This document shows, in pieces, positions 35,256 to 37,183 of a stretch of DNA of 37,183 nt. Position numbers and translations under genes: made by a program. Source of the stretch: Octopus bimaculoides. Its lineage: Eukaryota. The notes beneath the pieces were generated by a model. That model did no database searches. It was not told the DNA's origin and saw nothing but the letters and a program-made list of their open reading frames with translations. Where the stretch lies: the NCBI RefSeq assembly GCF_001194135.2, contig NC_068986.1:80218398-80255580 (forward strand), written 5' to 3'. The stretch's first letter is position 1. Every line of letters starts with the position of its first letter.

Positions 35256-35892
35256 CGAGGTGAAGTCAAAAATTATCCACACTTTTGCCATAACACATCT
35301 TTATTGTTGTCACACTGCCTTCTGTGCATGCATGCTTGTCGTCACATGATCGAAGTTTGAGCCTGATCACACCATTTTTCTTTCAGGTTTTACAGTGTAA
35401 ACATGGCCACTCCACTAGCAAATATGCACCAAAGAAGAACAAAGAGCAATGATCCGAGAGATGGTAATGGTGAACCGAGCTTGCTAAATCTCTCAAGCTT
35501 GCTGAATCTTCTCATCAGTGATGGAGATTGACAGGCATCCTGCTCCCTCTTCATGCATCACCTTTGTCCGGCCACTTTTAAACTTCTCGATCCACTCATA
35601 CACACTTCTACGCAGTAGAGCACTATCCCTGAATTGTGCTAAAAGCCTCCAATGAATTCCTGCACCTGACCCACCTTCCAACAAGAGAAATCGAATCATT
35701 GCTCTTTGTTCTTCTTTGGTGCACATTGCTAGTGGAGCGGCCATGTAAAACCAGAAAGAGAAATGACACAATCAGGCTCAAATTTCTATCACATGACCAC
35801 AACAGTACCAACTATAAGCATGCATGCGCAGATGGCAGTGTGAGAATAATATAGATATGGCGAAAGTGCAGATAATTTTTGACTTCCCTTCG
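35256..35892 (-). mobile_element. Non-autonomous mariner derivative with about 202-bp inverted arms, TA-flanked
   Basis: TA|CGAGGTGAAGTCAAAAATTATC ... GATAATTTTTGACTTCCCTTCG|TA; minus-strand ORF MAAPLAMCTKEEQRAMIRFL...SVYEWIEKFKSGR is a mariner HTH domain. Confidence 0.92.
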
Positions 35893-36766
35893 TATATGAA
35901 ATAAATACACTAAAACAGTGAACAAGCTGCTTCTTCCATATCAAGACATTTACAAACCAACTTAGCAAAAGAAAATACCACTAATGAATGACTACGTTCT
36001 TGTAAGAAATGGTACAGGCCTTTAATGAAGGAGTTACACTTGAAATAGATATATAAAACAGCGAAAATTCAACTGAAATTTTGTACAGCCATTAAAAATA
36101 TTAAAATCTAAATAGATAAAAGAAGCATTTGGCACTACAAGATTTGAAAGGTAAAATACAATCAGCAACTCTTTGGCTAACAGTGTAAAACTATATCAAG
36201 CACTAAAAACAAAAACACTATTACCTGATTTACTAATGAGAAGTTAATCTATGTAAGCCTATTTGCATGGGGAGTTAACATAAAGAAACATAATACTAAT
36301 TGATAGTGTCTGATTTTCTAGATGAATTGCATCCTTGTCATACTGGTTACATTGTACCATTTAAAATATGCACAAGATAAACACACAGCCTAACAAGTTA
36401 CATTGACCATATCCTTTTATGAAACTTGTTTCTGTCACTGAATCGTTGCTAGGCTGAGGTACACCTCTGAATGGTTTAGTCAAACAAATCGCCCCTCATA
36501 TGTATTCTTTAAGTCTGGTACTTATTTTAACAGTCTCTTTTGCCTAACTGCTAAGTTAAGGGGATGTCAAGTAAACAAACCAACACTGGTTCTCAAGTGA
36601 TGAGAGGAGGGTACAAAAACACACACACACACACAAATATATCAGTGGCGTGCAGTCTCAGCCATGCAAGCTATGCGCCGCATGCCCTGTTATATAATCA
36701 GAAAATTAGATAAAATAGTTACTTTCTTGCAAAAAAAATAATCCGTCCAGTTTTCGAAATATTCTG

Positions 36767-37100
36767 TCTCCCCTTCCCCTCTCTCAGTGACTAGTAAAAG
36801 CTTTGAGAATCTAGCATATAAACACTCTCCTAACTCCCTATCTATGTTAGTTTATCCTTCCTTCCTTCTCCTCTCTCTCTTAGTGACCTGTCAAAAGATA
36901 TGCTAGGACCGATCTCCCCTTCTCCTCTCTCAGTGATTAGTAAAAGCTTTGAGAAGGGTATGCAATGAGAATCCAGCTTATAGACACCCCCTATCTCCCT
37001 ATCTATGTTAGTTTGTCCTTCCCTCCCCCCCTCTCCTCTCTTAGTGACCTGTCAAAAGATATGCCATATATTTTGTACCCCTTCCTCTCTGTCAGTGATT
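36767..37100 (+). repeat. Minisatellite: two full units (about 146-160 bp) plus a partial third
   Basis: TCTCCCCTT...CAGTGA...AAAAGCTTTGAGAA...CTATCTATGTTAGTTT...GTCAAAAGATATGC at 36767 and 36913. Confidence 0.88.
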
Positions 37101-37183
37101 CCACAAATTTATCATAGGAAGTAATGCTTTCTGATAATAGCATGGCCCCCACCTCTCTATCTCTTTGTTAGCTGGTTCTGACC

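Noticed and set aside
1-37183. CRISPR array or prokaryotic defence system
   Set aside because: No regularly spaced short repeats with unique spacers and no operon-like genes; the content is eukaryotic TE DNA.

Overview
Eukaryotic (animal, AT-rich) genomic DNA with roughly 4.5 kb of N gaps; there is no prokaryotic content. Bases 1-28221 are an almost continuous cluster of at least 11 segments of Tx1/L1-clade non-LTR retrotransposons from several divergent subfamilies, all on the + strand. ORF1 carries an RRM-like region plus a CCHC knuckle; ORF2 carries an APE endonuclease plus reverse transcriptase. All copies are defective. 5' ends and ORF1 are over-represented and 3' ends are rare. Comparing copies reveals conserved cis-signals: a (TCTA)n 5' terminus, a GTAAGT donor in the 5' UTR, a hairpin over the ORF1 AUG, an intron-like hairpin-bearing inter-ORF spacer, and a conserved ~91-aa terminal module that may be a third ORF. 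A decayed Helitron is nested in one LINE and is itself interrupted by a TSD-flanked LINE. The right ~9 kb holds a Helitron Rep relic, a hAT transposase relic, two putative minus-strand host exons, a tRNA-derived SINE (resembling Octopus SINEs, from memory), a palindromic two-left-end mariner derivative and a higher-order minisatellite.
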